Source: Octopus bimaculoides
Taxonomy: Eukaryota
Reading direction: 5' to 3'
Assembly: GCF_001194135.2 (NCBI RefSeq)
Contig: NC_068982.1
Location: 132,418,772-132,480,711 of the forward strand
Length of the DNA: 61,940 nucleotides
In this document: positions 12,270-24,050 of the stretch, in pieces
Layout: each line of letters begins with the position of its first letter
How positions within the stretch are numbered: the stretch's first letter is position 1
Translations under genes and position numbers: made by a program
Notes under the pieces: model-generated
Database searches by the model: none
Seen by the model: the letters and a program-made list of their open reading frames with translations, nothing else
What the model was told of the DNA's origin: nothing

Positions 12270-13546
12270 ACTACAGTGGATGAACACATTTCATCATTGA
12301 TGACAACACTATCCATAAAGTGGAAGATGGCATTTTGGAGGATCACTGCATAACTATTTGGCAACTAGCCCAAGAAGTGAAGATAAGTGCAGGGTCCATG
12401 GAAAAAAATCATTCATGACTATTTGCACATGCGGAAATTCTCTGCACGATGGATTTCCCAGATGTTCACACCTTTTCAGAAGCAGAGGCGAGTCAATTGC
12501 CCCCAGGTTCTTTTGGCAATGTGTCAAGAAAATGAGGAGGAATTTTTCAGCAGACTTATCACACAGGATGAAACATGGGTCCATCACTATGATCCTGAGA
12601 CTAAAGTCCAGTCAAAGCAATAAAAGCATGATAACTCACCACCTCCAAAGAAGGCTCATGGCCAACCCTCAGCAGGCAAGGTGATGCTCACAGTCTTTTG
12701 GGACCAGCACAGAGTAGTGATGATGGATTTTCTGGCAAAGGCACCACACTTAACTTCATATTATGCTTCACTGCTGCAGAAATTGTGAACGCCATCAAAG
12801 CAGAGAGGTGTGGCATGCTGACCAAAGGAGTCTGCCTCCTCCAAGACAATGCCCCAGCTCACAATGTGCATTTTGCCCAGATGAAAGCACACTCCTGCAG
12901 CTATGAAATCCTTCCTCATCCCCCCTTATTCTCCTGACCTCATACCATTTGACTTCCAGCTCTTTCCAGCCATGAAGTCTTTTTTGAAGGGAAGCATTTT
13001 TCAGATGATGATGAACTTATCTCCAAAGTAAAGTCTTGGCTACAGATGCATCCTAACAACTTCCACAGACAGGTATTCACAGTTGCATAAAGCAATGGGA
13101 GAAATGTATCACTATTGGTAGTGGCTATTTAGAGAAGGGTGGAGGCGCAATGGCCTAGTGGTTAGAGCAGTGGACTCGCAGTCGGAGGATCGCGGTCTTG
13201 ATTCCCAGACCGGGTGTTGTGTGTGTTTATTGAGCGAAAATACCTAAAAGCTCCACGAGGTTCTGGCAGGTGACCCCTGTTGTACTCTTTCGCCCCAACT
13301 TTCTCTCACTCTTTCTTCCTGTTTCTTGAGTAATGCTGCGATGGACTGGCATCCCATCCAGCTGGTGGGGGGGGGGGAACACATACGCCATAGAAACCGG
13401 GAAACCGGGCCCATGAGCCTGGCTAGGCTTTAAAAGGGCGCATAAATAAAAAAAATTTGGAGAAGGACTAATAATTATGTCAAGTTTCGTTTATTCCGGT
13501 CCTTAGGAAATGGGTCAGGGGAAATCTTTAATGAACATCCTTTGTA
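12270..13546 (+). pseudogene. Decayed mariner transposase with right TIR, interrupted by a SINE
   Basis: Motifs RKFSARW, LITQDETWVHHYDPETK, GKVMLTVFWD, LLQDNAPAH, PHP and a YSPDL-like remnant; stops and frameshifts. The end aatgaacatcctttgTA resembles a mariner TIR. Confidence 0.92.
13139..13455 (+). mobile_element. SINE family C with V-domain-like tail, inserted in mariner
   Basis: TSD tttagagaagg (13128-13138) / tttggagaagg (13456-13466); A-rich tail; CTGCGATGGACTGGCATCCCATCCAG at 13336-13361. Confidence 0.85.
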
Positions 13547-14136
13547 TGCGTATGTGTGTATGTGTGTGTTATGTATGTATGTACATACACACATACATGC
13601 ACACATATATTTCAATATACTACAAAGGTACTTATGCATGAGAAAAATACCTATGGATTTTAAAACTCAATTTTTAACATAGCATTATGCTTCAGATATC
13701 ATATAATTCAATACATTAACAATAGCACCTATGATAACACATAAAGTTTATAATTGGCTGAAATGATTGTAATGAGCAAACCATGCTAACAATGGTAGAA
13801 AGCAAATACTATCAGTGATATTTCAATATAATGCATTTCTTCTTCTCTACAACCATTCCTATAACAATCAGGAATGTTTACATCCACACAACTATTATCA
13901 ACAGTAATTATCATCATATAACATAATTATCAACAATCAGCAATAGCTATTATATAACATAATTATAAATAATTAATAAGTCATTATAACTACAAAATAT
14001 GAATAATAAATATGATTAAATAATATTAAAGAGAGTTGTAATTATGTGAGAGTCATTTTGTCAGGAATATTTTGAAATATAAATCTGTCATTGTTGCAGA
14101 TGTGCATGTGTGTGTGTATGTGTGTGTGTGTGTATT

Positions 14137-14169
<33 letters not shown>

Positions 14170-14305
14170 ATTGTGGTGGTGACTATAAAAAAAAAAGGCA
14201 GAAATAATATTGTGGTACTGTTTAAATACAAATAAAGATGATGTCTTTATATATGTCAAGGCATATATAAGAAGTTAACTTAGTAACAGTTCAATAAATT
14301 AGATA

Positions 14306-14734
14306 CTGTAAATCCTCGAGTATAATCTGCACTTTTTTCCCAAAATTTAAAGGTCAAAATTTCTAGTGCGTACTATATACGAGGTTAAAAATAAAAAATA
14401 TTTTCTAAGCAAAATTTTCTAAGTGATAAATATGTAAAGGCAATTTACTTAATATTTATTTTTCACAGACGTTATTACTGTTATTTCTTTATTTTCTGCA
14501 AACAAAGTGCACAAAAAAGCTAGACGTTTGCATTATGTTATATATACAATAATAATAAAGGATGTTACCATATATATATATGTTTACAAATCAAGGATGT
14601 TATATAGACCTCCTTAACTCAAGTTAGAGAAGGGGTGCGTATTATGCACAAGGTTTAGGTTTTGCAGAGGTACAGCCCCCTAAAAATCCCCTGCATATTA
14701 TACTCAAGGGCGGACTATACTCGAGGATTTACGG
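14306..14734. mobile_element. pogo/Tigger-like MITE
   Basis: 27-bp TIRs ctgtaaatcctcgagtataatctgcac / gggcggactatactcgaggatttacgg (23/27), TA on both sides, internal subterminal repeats. Confidence 0.85.
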
Positions 14735-14829
14735 TATAAAATAAATCTAAAGGTATAATTGTAAATAGGTTAGAAAAGGTCAGATATCTGTAAATTCACA
14801 TATCTGTACTACTACCATTTATCACCTTC

Positions 14830-15437
14830 TCCTCTTCAGTGACCCTCTCCCATTTCCTTTCCTTCACTTTCTCTCCCCCAGACTGATATTCACTGCATCC
14901 ATTGCCACGTCCATCTATACTCATCTGTCTTATTATTTTCACACTCTAGTGCACTTACCTATCCCCCCACCTTTTTTGTTCGGCTACCCCTGTTTTCTTT
15001 CTCTCTCTCTCTCTCTCTCTCTCACCTTTTATCTTGACTTAACATCCCTCTTTCCAGATGAGCGAGCCATGTATTCACCTCTTCAGCAAGACACCTGCTC
15101 CTCTCCGCCCATCATACTTCCATATCTCTCAATCTTATACCCCACTCAGTTGAGGGGTCTTGTCTTGTACGTACATGGTGACCTCAGCACTGCTGGTGCC
15201 ATGAAGAAAGCCAGTAATGCATTAACAACATCCATCCCGGTGACATGTTAAAGGTACCTGGTACACTCTGTGGAGTGGTTGGCATTAGGAAGGACATCTA
15301 ACCATAGAAACCAAGCCAGGACAGACTGGAACCTAGTGCAGCTCTCTAGCTGGCCAGTATCAGCCAAACTATCTTACCCATACCAGCATGGAAAACAGAC
15401 ACTAAAAGTTGGTGATGATGATGATGATGATGATGAC

Positions 15438-15475
<38 letters not shown>

Positions 15476-15580
15476 CGACGATGATGATGATGACGACGAT
15501 GACAACGACGACGACGACGACGACGACGATGATGACAATGACGATGATGATGACGATGACGATGATGATGATGATGATGA
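14830..15580 (+). mobile_element. RTE-LINE 3' UTR with expanded (GAT/GAC)n tail
   Basis: GAGTGGTTGGCATTAGGAAGG...CCAGCATGGAAAACAGAC tail, the same type as that attached to the RTE ORF at 25218-26136; microsatellite 15412-15580. Confidence 0.7.
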
Positions 15581-15620
15581 TATAGGAATGCAGAAGTGGT
15601 CTTTTTCAGGTTAGAGTCTC

Positions 15621-15677
<57 letters not shown>

Positions 15678-16499
15678 CAACAGCAGCAACAACACCATCC
15701 AAGATGTCAGAAAAATCCGCCATGAGCCTCTTCTAAGCTACTCTATCAAATTAGCCATATACACATTTACCTGAGTTATATTATCAAAGAAATATCTAGT
15801 GTATATGTTTAAAAAGTCGCTCAATATTTCTTTGTGTCACAGACAATCTTAAAAATAATACTAATTAGGTCTAGTTTCAATAAGACAAAACAGATGGTAG
15901 TTGACTTTGAATCTCTCTTGAGATGCAATAATAGTGTATCATAGATACTAGAAAAATATGAATTAAACATTTTGCTTAGTAACTCAATGAAACATCTGCA
16001 TTTCTTATGATTTCAAGTAGATTTGTCCTTTGCCTTATCTATTGAACAGCGAATATTTTAGCTGTGTCTGTGTATGTGTGTGTGTGTATGTGCTTGTATA
16101 TATACGTTTATGAATGTAGAGTGTCTCTGTCTCCATGTAAGATAATAATGTGTGTGAAAGATAGAGAGAGAGGGAGAGGGAGGGAGACGGGGGAGAAAGA
16201 GTGTGTTTGTATGGTTTCTAAGAAACAAATCTGTTATATTCATATAATTGTTTCTTGTTAGAAAACAATTGAATATCTCCACACGCTCTGAATTTAAAGA
16301 GTATTAACATGTTTAATCCTTTTGTTACCATATTTAATTTTAGTTTCTTTCAATTAATTTTAAATATAACAAAGAATTTAGTAAAATAACTTAGTTATCT
16401 CGTTTTTGGATTTGATTTGCAAGATTCTTTATGTGAGTTTGTGTGTTGAATCATATTCTGTTGTGTCTGGGGAGAGTCATTCTCTTTTGGTACCTTATA

Positions 16500-16760
16500 G
16501 GTGTGTAATATGCAAGAAAGAAAACTGCATTGGTGTGGACATGCGATGCACATGGAGAAAGACAGCTGTATAAAGAAGTGCTGCTCATTTAATGTGGATG
16601 GCAGTTGCAAAAAAGGGAGACCCAGAAGGACATGGGACAAAGTGGTGAAGGCTAATCTCTAGATTTTGAGCCTAATGGAGGTGACAAAAGACCAGGATGG
16701 CTGGCAATATGTGATTCTTAAGAAGACATACCTACCTTGAAGAAACTGAGTGTGTTAAAT
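16500..16760 (+). pseudogene. RTE ORF2 C-terminal fragment
   Basis: QERKLHWCGHAMHMEKDSCIKKC...KGRPRRTWDKVVK. Confidence 0.8.
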
Positions 16761-17140
16761 TATAAGGCACCAAAAGAGAATGACTCTCCCCAGACACAAC
16801 AGAACATAGTTATCATTAATGTAGTGTTAGGAACATAAATTGCGACTAAGATTTGGTGGAAGATTTTAATTCAAAACTTATGAAATAAAGACATTTGTAC
16901 AACAGAGCCAGAGGTGGTTTCAGCTGGGTTGGTAATGAAAGGGCTAAGGTGTAGATTATTCAAAAGCTCTGAGGCTAAGTGGCTTGTTTCTCAACTATGT
17001 GATCATAAGCTCAGTCTCATGCCACAGCACCTCGGGTGAGTGTCTTTCACTATAGCCCCTGGCTGACCAAAGCCTTGTGAGTGGATTTGATGGTTAGAAA
17101 TTGAAAGAAGCCTATTTGCTATATCTGTGTGTATGTGTGT

Positions 17141-17180
<40 letters not shown>

Positions 17181-18179
17181 ACGTGCTCGTGTTCTTAGTG
17201 ATCAACTCTGAAAAGATGAAAGGCAAAGTCGACCTAGGTGGAATTTGAACTCAGAATTCTGCCAGCTCACCACCTTAAACAATTATGAATATTGATAGCA
17301 TCTCTAATTTGGTTGCTAGCTGTTGAATATTGTGTATGGTTTTCAAAACATACTTTAGTTGCAGAGAAGATATGAACTCTCCAAGTTGTAATGATAGTAA
17401 CTAGTCCAGGAAAGCAATCTCTTGGAATAAAAACAGTGTAGAGGGGCATTTAATCTTACTAGACAACCTCTCAAGTGCTAGTGGTGTAAAATCTATCAAT
17501 TTCATGCTACAAATTGCTACAGTTGTAAAAAAACAAAAAAACAAATAAGAGAAAACCTTACCCCAAAGCACAACATACACAAAAATCAATGAAAACTGCC
17601 AACTGCATTAATAGGAATGACCGTGATGCAGTACATAGTTGGGAGGTAGCTAATTGTGATTTTCCAGTTTGTTGGTAAAGACTTTGATACAAAACATCGT
17701 AATCCTTATCAGTATTTTAATGTCCATTTTGCTATGCAACAATGAATTGGACAGGTCTAATGTATAGCACATCATTAATTGTCTTGGTCTTTTGTTATCT
17801 TCTTGGCAAGGTTCAACATCTTAGAATCTTATCTAAGCAAGTCTTTTCATGACATGTCCAGTTTTACACGTTCACAGATACACTTTATGGACCGCACACC
17901 TTGTCCTTGTGCATTCATTGTTCATTTATGTACTATTTCCATAAAGCCATACCAGTAGAGACATGTCTCCTGTTGATGCTTCTAATGTCCAGAAATTAAA
18001 TGCAATGTTACCTCTAATCTCTCAGTCTCTCTCTCTCCCCTCTTTCTTTCTCTCCATCTCCCTCTCTATCTCTCTCTCATACATGCATTTTATACTTAGA
18101 AATAATAACAACATCAACAGCAACAATAGCAATGACAAAATGGATTGACAATTCAGAAGAGAATTTGATTAAGCCTTAC

Positions 18180-18306
18180 CTATAATGGAGATTGGTTTGC
18201 GAGCAAAACGTATGCGTCCTCTGAGACCCATGTATTTACTACGACATCCAGCAGACCACAAACGCACTATATATTCTATCCCAAAGAATAAAACCAACAC
18301 AATTTC
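18180..18306 (-). CDS. KCNQ1: KCNQ1/Kv7.1-like K+ channel, internal exon encoding S2 and the S2-S3 linker (127 nt, phase 0 in, phase 1 out)
   Basis: Acceptor ttcttttttttttgcag|G and donor ATAG|gtaagg. Translates [42 protein letters not shown]. The WSAGCRSKY and RKPISII motifs are KCNQ1-type, not KCNQ2-5 type (WAAGCCCRY, RKPFC). 36/42 identical to the recalled human sequence and joins in frame to the 55042-55132 exon. Confidence 0.97.
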
Positions 18307-18644
18307 CTGCAAAAAAAAAAGAAAATTTAATTTTTAATTTAATTTGAGATTAAGCATTCTCTGAAAAATATAAACTTTCTCTTACAGAATAGCTGGTCTC
18401 CACTCACAATAGTTGGGTGAGTTGTGGTTAAAGTAAGATATGTGTTCTGATTTGAAATTTAGAGGTAAACAAGTTCATAATGTTTTGCTATTTAAGGGTC
18501 AATACATTATCTTTTAAATTTAGCCATTTATATGAATTAATAATTATTATAGGAATACCATTATACTGGAGATTTCTGAAGCAGAATAATCTATAAAATA
18601 TATCTTTGCAATATCAGGCAAGATGTAAGATCAGCTCGTTCATT

Positions 18645-18910
18645 TTAAAAGATATTATCAGAAAATTGTCAGAAGACAATGAGAAAGCAAGCCATTACAT
18701 CTGGTTGAAGAGAAAAGGCAAGTGGTGCAGCAGGAATGAGCATTGAGGCAGATAACAACATCTGGCTCAGAATTACAACTGTTGAATCAACAAAGCTCTT
18801 ATTGTTGTGCAGAAGTTTTTTCGCTGATATAGATGGATGACCCATGCAGCTTTGGTGTCATGGTGGAAGGGGGCCAAAACACTTACAGAGCTGCTTCACC
18901 ATCTGATGAG
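18645..18910 (+). pseudogene. 3' end of a HERO/R2-like RLE-LINE
   Basis: LKDIIRKLSEDNEKASHYIWLKRKGKW* resembles the 'LSE.AE.aS.WLWLKR' terminus recalled for this clade. Confidence 0.5.
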
Positions 18911-19749
18911 ATACTGACTCCTGCATTTGGAGACTGAGAACTGCAGCACCCTTAGCACACAAATGTTTGCTTCAAAACATTTGAATCTAAACCTAATCAG
19001 ACTGTCTTCCTGATTTCCCAGGAATTTTAGACTTGGCACTCAACTGAATTTATATTGGGAATTGAGAAATCCTTTATTAAATTTTAGTCGGACTATAAAC
19101 TGATCAGCTAATCAGATTAAAGATAGGTTGCCAGCACAGAATTATGCTGTTTACAAATGTCTGCACACAATAGTACTAATTTAGGTGTTGTTTGAGTATT
19201 TTTACCAATCTTCCCTCTGCAAAACAACACACAAACATTTCCAGAGAGAAAAGAAAGACAAAGATAAAGGTTGTTTCAATTAATGAAGTACAGCAAATTT
19301 TAGAAGATCCTAATAAAGATCAACAGGAATTTCATAATTTCTATGTGGATGATGATTTGAAATCAGTTGAAGATAGAAGATTTCAAGTGGAATGTTAATA
19401 ATGATATCTTAAATGAGAAGTGTAGTTCTTGGTTACCTGATGGTAGTGATGTAATACTGGTATTAAGTTCACAAATTGTCAGCTCCAGATAACACCCTTA
19501 ATTTTAATATGTTTCTGTTCAGTAGTTTTAAATCAATCTTATTTAATTTAATCTATGTGAAGTTTTACGTGCTCACTGTGTGGAACTCAAGTATTCAGAC
19601 ATTAGTTAGTCTCTTTGTTCAGAGCTGACGGGAAAATTTAAACAAACACTGAGGTTTTTCTTTTCTCTTATACTCTTATTGGTTTTAGCAAGAGGATGTG
19701 GCCATGCTGGGGCTCTGTCATTAGTGGAATTGCTTGTTTCTTTCAAACT

Positions 19750-19965
19750 CATTTTCTAGCTGTCTCTATAGATTTGGTCCTGATGAAGTAGTGAGTTGGA
19801 CAAAACTACCCTTCTTTGCATTTCTTGCTGTGATGTAGGTTCATCTGGTATATCAAATAAAAATTTGTCTAAATGTTCTTTGAATACATTCACATCTATG
19901 CCTTGTAGCTCTCTGAGGTTGTTTTGGCCAGGTATTGAAAAGTTGAGGGCCCTTGAACCTTAAGT
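19750..19965 (-). pseudogene. C-terminus of a CR1/Jockey-group LINE ORF2
   Basis: RFKGPQLFN / LRELQGIDVNVFKEHLDKFLFDIPDEP...SNSLLHQ with one frameshift. Confidence 0.65.
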
Positions 19966-19972
19966 GTGTGTG

Positions 19973-20027
<55 letters not shown>

Positions 20028-20029
<2 letters not shown>

Positions 20030-20250
20030 AAGCTGGCCAAAAGTCACCTGACAGTAAATGAAAACCATTTAATTCACAGATTTATCAGTGTTTAACAACT
20101 GAATGAATTTAATAAAAGCATCTGAATATGAAACATCATGAAAAATGTTCAAACTGAAATCCTTCTTGAGCGACACATTTTTCCATTCAAGTCAATACAG
20201 ATAGTGTTTATGGAATTTTGATTTACTGTTGAGTGACTTTTGGCCAGCAG
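20028..20250. mobile_element. Tc1/mariner-like MITE at the edge of a (TA)n tract
   Basis: 28-bp TIRs gctggccaaaagtcacctgacagtaaat (20032-20059) / atttactgttgagtgacttttggccagc (20221-20248). Confidence 0.7.
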
Positions 20251-21348
20251 GGATTAGTGAATATTGCCAATCTCAGTACTTGTCTAGTACTTTACTTTAT
20301 TGACCTCAGAGGGATGAAAGGCAAAGTTGACCAGGTAGGATTTGAACTCAGAATGTAAAGAGTCAGAAGAATGCTGCAAGGTATTTTGTTTGATATTCTA
20401 ATCATTCTGCCAATTCACCACTTTTGACAAATACATATTTACATTAATGGATATAATATCCTAATATATTTTCCTTTATAAAAAATGTTTTGCACATCTA
20501 ACTTAGATATTAGAACAATGGGGAGGGAAGAAGTTGATTAAATTGACTCATGTTCATTAGACTGGTTTTAATTAAGAAATTCTTGAAGGATAGACGATGA
20601 AGTCAACCTCAGTAGGATTCAAAAACAAAAAGTAAAGTGATGCACCCGAAAATCAAAAGTCACAATGGTGTTCTACCAAATCTCTGCTGATTCTGCCATC
20701 TGCTACGCTTTTGTATAGGGAATAACGAATTTATATGTGCAAGCATTGTGTTATTTTCTACTGAAATATATACATCTAACTTCATTCCTTCAGTGTACCA
20801 AGTTAAAAGAGAGTCAGCAACCTATTACAGCTGTTAATCATTTTGTCAGGAGTTAAATCTCACTATTGATACTATGGAAACCAGAGCTGAATAACAGTTT
20901 TATGAGTTATTTATCTTAATCTAGCGATAAGATGGTCAGAGTCTTTATAATTATATTTCCTGCCAGCTGTACTTTACTAACTACTATGACAGAATCTGTT
21001 TCTTCAACAGGTCTGTTGTGATTCTGCTAATTCCAGCCAACTTCACTGAAAGCATGGAGGAACACTTGAAAGATAAATTACCGTTTAGGCATTTGATAGG
21101 CTCTGAAATATGTCTTAACAAGTTCCAATTATTCATCCTTTGTGGACACATTGTCGTCATCATCCTTACCATCATCACCATCACCATCATCATTATCATC
21201 TTCATCATCATCATTATCTCTATTATTACTTGATATGGTAACATGTAACTTCATCTGGTTATGCAGAGCCTTTTGCTTACACAAAAATCATGCAAAATAT
21301 CAAGACATGTCAAAATGCTGGATATACCTTCATGGTGGACTGCAAGCA

Positions 21349-21399
<51 letters not shown>

Positions 21400-22267
21400 N
21401 NNNNNNNNNNNNNNNNNNNNNNNNNNNNNNNNNNNNNNNNNNNNNNNNNNNNNNNNNNNNNNNNNNNNNNNNNNNNNNNNNNNNNNNNNNNNNNNNNNNN
21501 NNNNNNNNNNNNNNNNNNNNNNNNNNNNNNNNNNNNNNNNNNNNNNNNNNNNNNNNNNNNNNNNNNNNNNNNNNNNNNNNNNNNNNNNNNNNNNNNNNNN
21601 NNNNNNNNNNNNNNNNNNNNNNNNNNNNNNNNNNNNNNNNNNNNNNNNNNNNNNNNNNNNNNNNNNNNNNNNNNNNNNNNNNNNNNNNNNNNNNNNNNNN
21701 NNNNNNNNNNNNNNNNNNNNNNNNNNNNNNNNNNNNNNNNNNNNNNNNNNNNNNNNNNNNNNNNNNNNNNNNNNNNNNNNNNNNNNNNNNNNNNNNNNNN
21801 NNNNNNNNNNNNNNNNNNNNNNNNNNNNNNNNNNNNNNNNNNNNNNNNNNNNNNNNNNNNNNNNNNNNNNNNNNNNNNNNNNNNNNNNNNNNNNNNNNNN
21901 NNNNNNNNNNNNNNNNNNNNNNNNNNNNNNNNNNNNNNNNNNNNNNNNNNNNNNNNNNNNNNNNNNNNNNNNNNNNNNNNNNNNNNNNNNNNNNNNNNNN
22001 NNNNNNNNNNNNNNNNNNNNNNNNNNNNNNNNNNNNNNNNNNNNNNNNNNNNNNNNNNNNNNNNNNNNNNNNNNNNNNNNNNNNNNNNNNNNNNNNNNNN
22101 NNNATTATTTTCCACAAAAATCATGAAATAATGTCAGTATTGAATTCAGGGGCTCTGGAGAGGGTGTAAAATTTAAGGATATTAAGTATATAGTGATCAT
22201 GAAAACTATTTTGAATTATCTTAAAAAAATTTTTTAGCTGAAGATAAGATAATGATACTATTTAGGA

Positions 22268-22440
22268 GACACATAGGTAAGCTTTATTTATATAATGTGA
22301 ATAAAAAATAAAAATTATTATCGGATTTATATTAGTTTATAATAATGTGTTTACTATTATTATTATTATAAACTAATATAAATCCGATAATAATTTTTAT
22401 TTTTTATTCACATTATATAAATAAAGCTTACCTATGTGTC
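22268..22440. repeat. Perfect 79-bp inverted repeat, 15-nt spacer
   Basis: Arms 22268-22346 and 22362-22440 checked base by base. Confidence 0.95.
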
Positions 22441-23462
22441 ATCATCTTCCTCATTTAACGTCTACTTCTCCATTCTTGCTTCATAAACATTTTCCTTTTT
22501 AATCAGAATATGGTACTGGTTTCATTCATTTTTTAAAGTTAATTTAACCAATACTATAAGAGAAAGGCAAATATTCTTTTCTTTTCTACTGTAGGCACAA
22601 GGCCTGAAATTTTTGGGGAGGAGGCCAGTCAATTAGAACAACTCCAGTATGCAACTGCTACTTAATTTATCGACCCTGAAAGGATGAAAGGCAAAGTCGA
22701 CCTCGGCAGAATTTGAACTCAGAAGGTAAAGACAGACGAAATACTGCTAGGCATTTCGCCCAGTGTGGTAACGATTCTGCCAGCTCACCACCTTAAACTA
22801 TTATGAATATTGATGATGATGATATACCTTCTTCACCCAATGTTTCTACTCCATAAATTCCCATCAGAATCAACTGTGACTATAGATTATTATCCAATCA
22901 TTTTGTTCTTAGTCAAATCCTGAGTCTTTTGCTGGTTGGCTTGGCTTGAAAAAACATCCATCAAGCAATTCTTTGCAATGATACACCAGTCACATGATGA
23001 TGATAAATGATGATGAAAAACATTGTATTGGAGCAATTTTAATAGCCAAAAAGTAAAAAAATATAATTCTTGTAAAAACCATGCTTTTTCGGTGAGGTGC
23101 AGATATTTTTATAATTTCCTTCTTTGTTTTGTTTTTTTCACTTCCTCCCTTACTTCTATTTTCATAAGTGTAGTTTTAATTAAATTCCAGGTTGTAAGCC
23201 ATTTCCTTTCAGACCAACTTCACTTAATGTTACCAATAACCATGTTAAGGAATGCATGCATGGCACAGCAATGTTCGCTGTCTTTTATTAAATTTGGACC
23301 CAAGAGATTTCTATTGAGAGAAATGAAATGGTTATTATTGTTATTATTTAATAACAGAGTAATGTAAACCTGATAACAGGAGAAATGGTTGTAGCAGGGG
23401 TGGCAGTGGGGGTGGTAGGGGTGATGGTGGTGGTTGCGATGCCTATATATATGAATACATAC

Positions 23463-23686
23463 ATATTCTTTTATTCTTTTATTTGTTTCAGCCATTTGAT
23501 TGTGGCCATGCTGGAGCACTGCCTTTAGTCGAGCAAATCAACCCCAGGACTTATTCTTTGTAAGCCTAGTACTTATTCTATCAGTCCTTTTTGACGAACT
23601 GCTAAGTTAAAGGGATGTAAACACACCAGCATTGGTTGTCAAGCAGTGTTGGGAGTGGGGGTCAAACACAGACACACAAACACACC

Positions 23687-23731
<45 letters not shown>

Positions 23732-23970
23732 ACACACACATGTATAAACATATAAACATATATTTGACGGACTTCTATCAGTTTTTGTCTACCAAATCCA
23801 CTCACAAGACTTTGGTCGGCCCGAGGCTATAGTAGAAGACACTTGCCCAAGGTGCTACACAGTGAGACTGAACCNNNNNNNNNNGACACTTGCCCAAGGT
23901 GCTACACAGTGAGACTGAACCTGGAACCATGTGGTTCGCAAGCAAGCTACTTACCACACAGCCACTCATA
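23463..23970 (-). mobile_element. SINE family A, near full length, internal (CA)n
   Basis: Reverse complement of 42676-43134; a 10-N gap lies in the head. Confidence 0.85.
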
Positions 23971-24050
23971 TAAATAAATATATATATATGTATATATATA
24001 CATCCATACAGACATACATACATGCAGACATATATATCATATATATATAT

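Noticed and set aside
19192-19460. FYVDDDLKSV, resembling a BEL/Pao RT motif or a piggyBac N-terminus
   Set aside because: No flanking RT or transposase motifs in any frame; too short to call.
23838-23921. 37-bp direct repeat either side of a 10-N gap
   Set aside because: Typical unmerged contig overlap; an assembly artefact.
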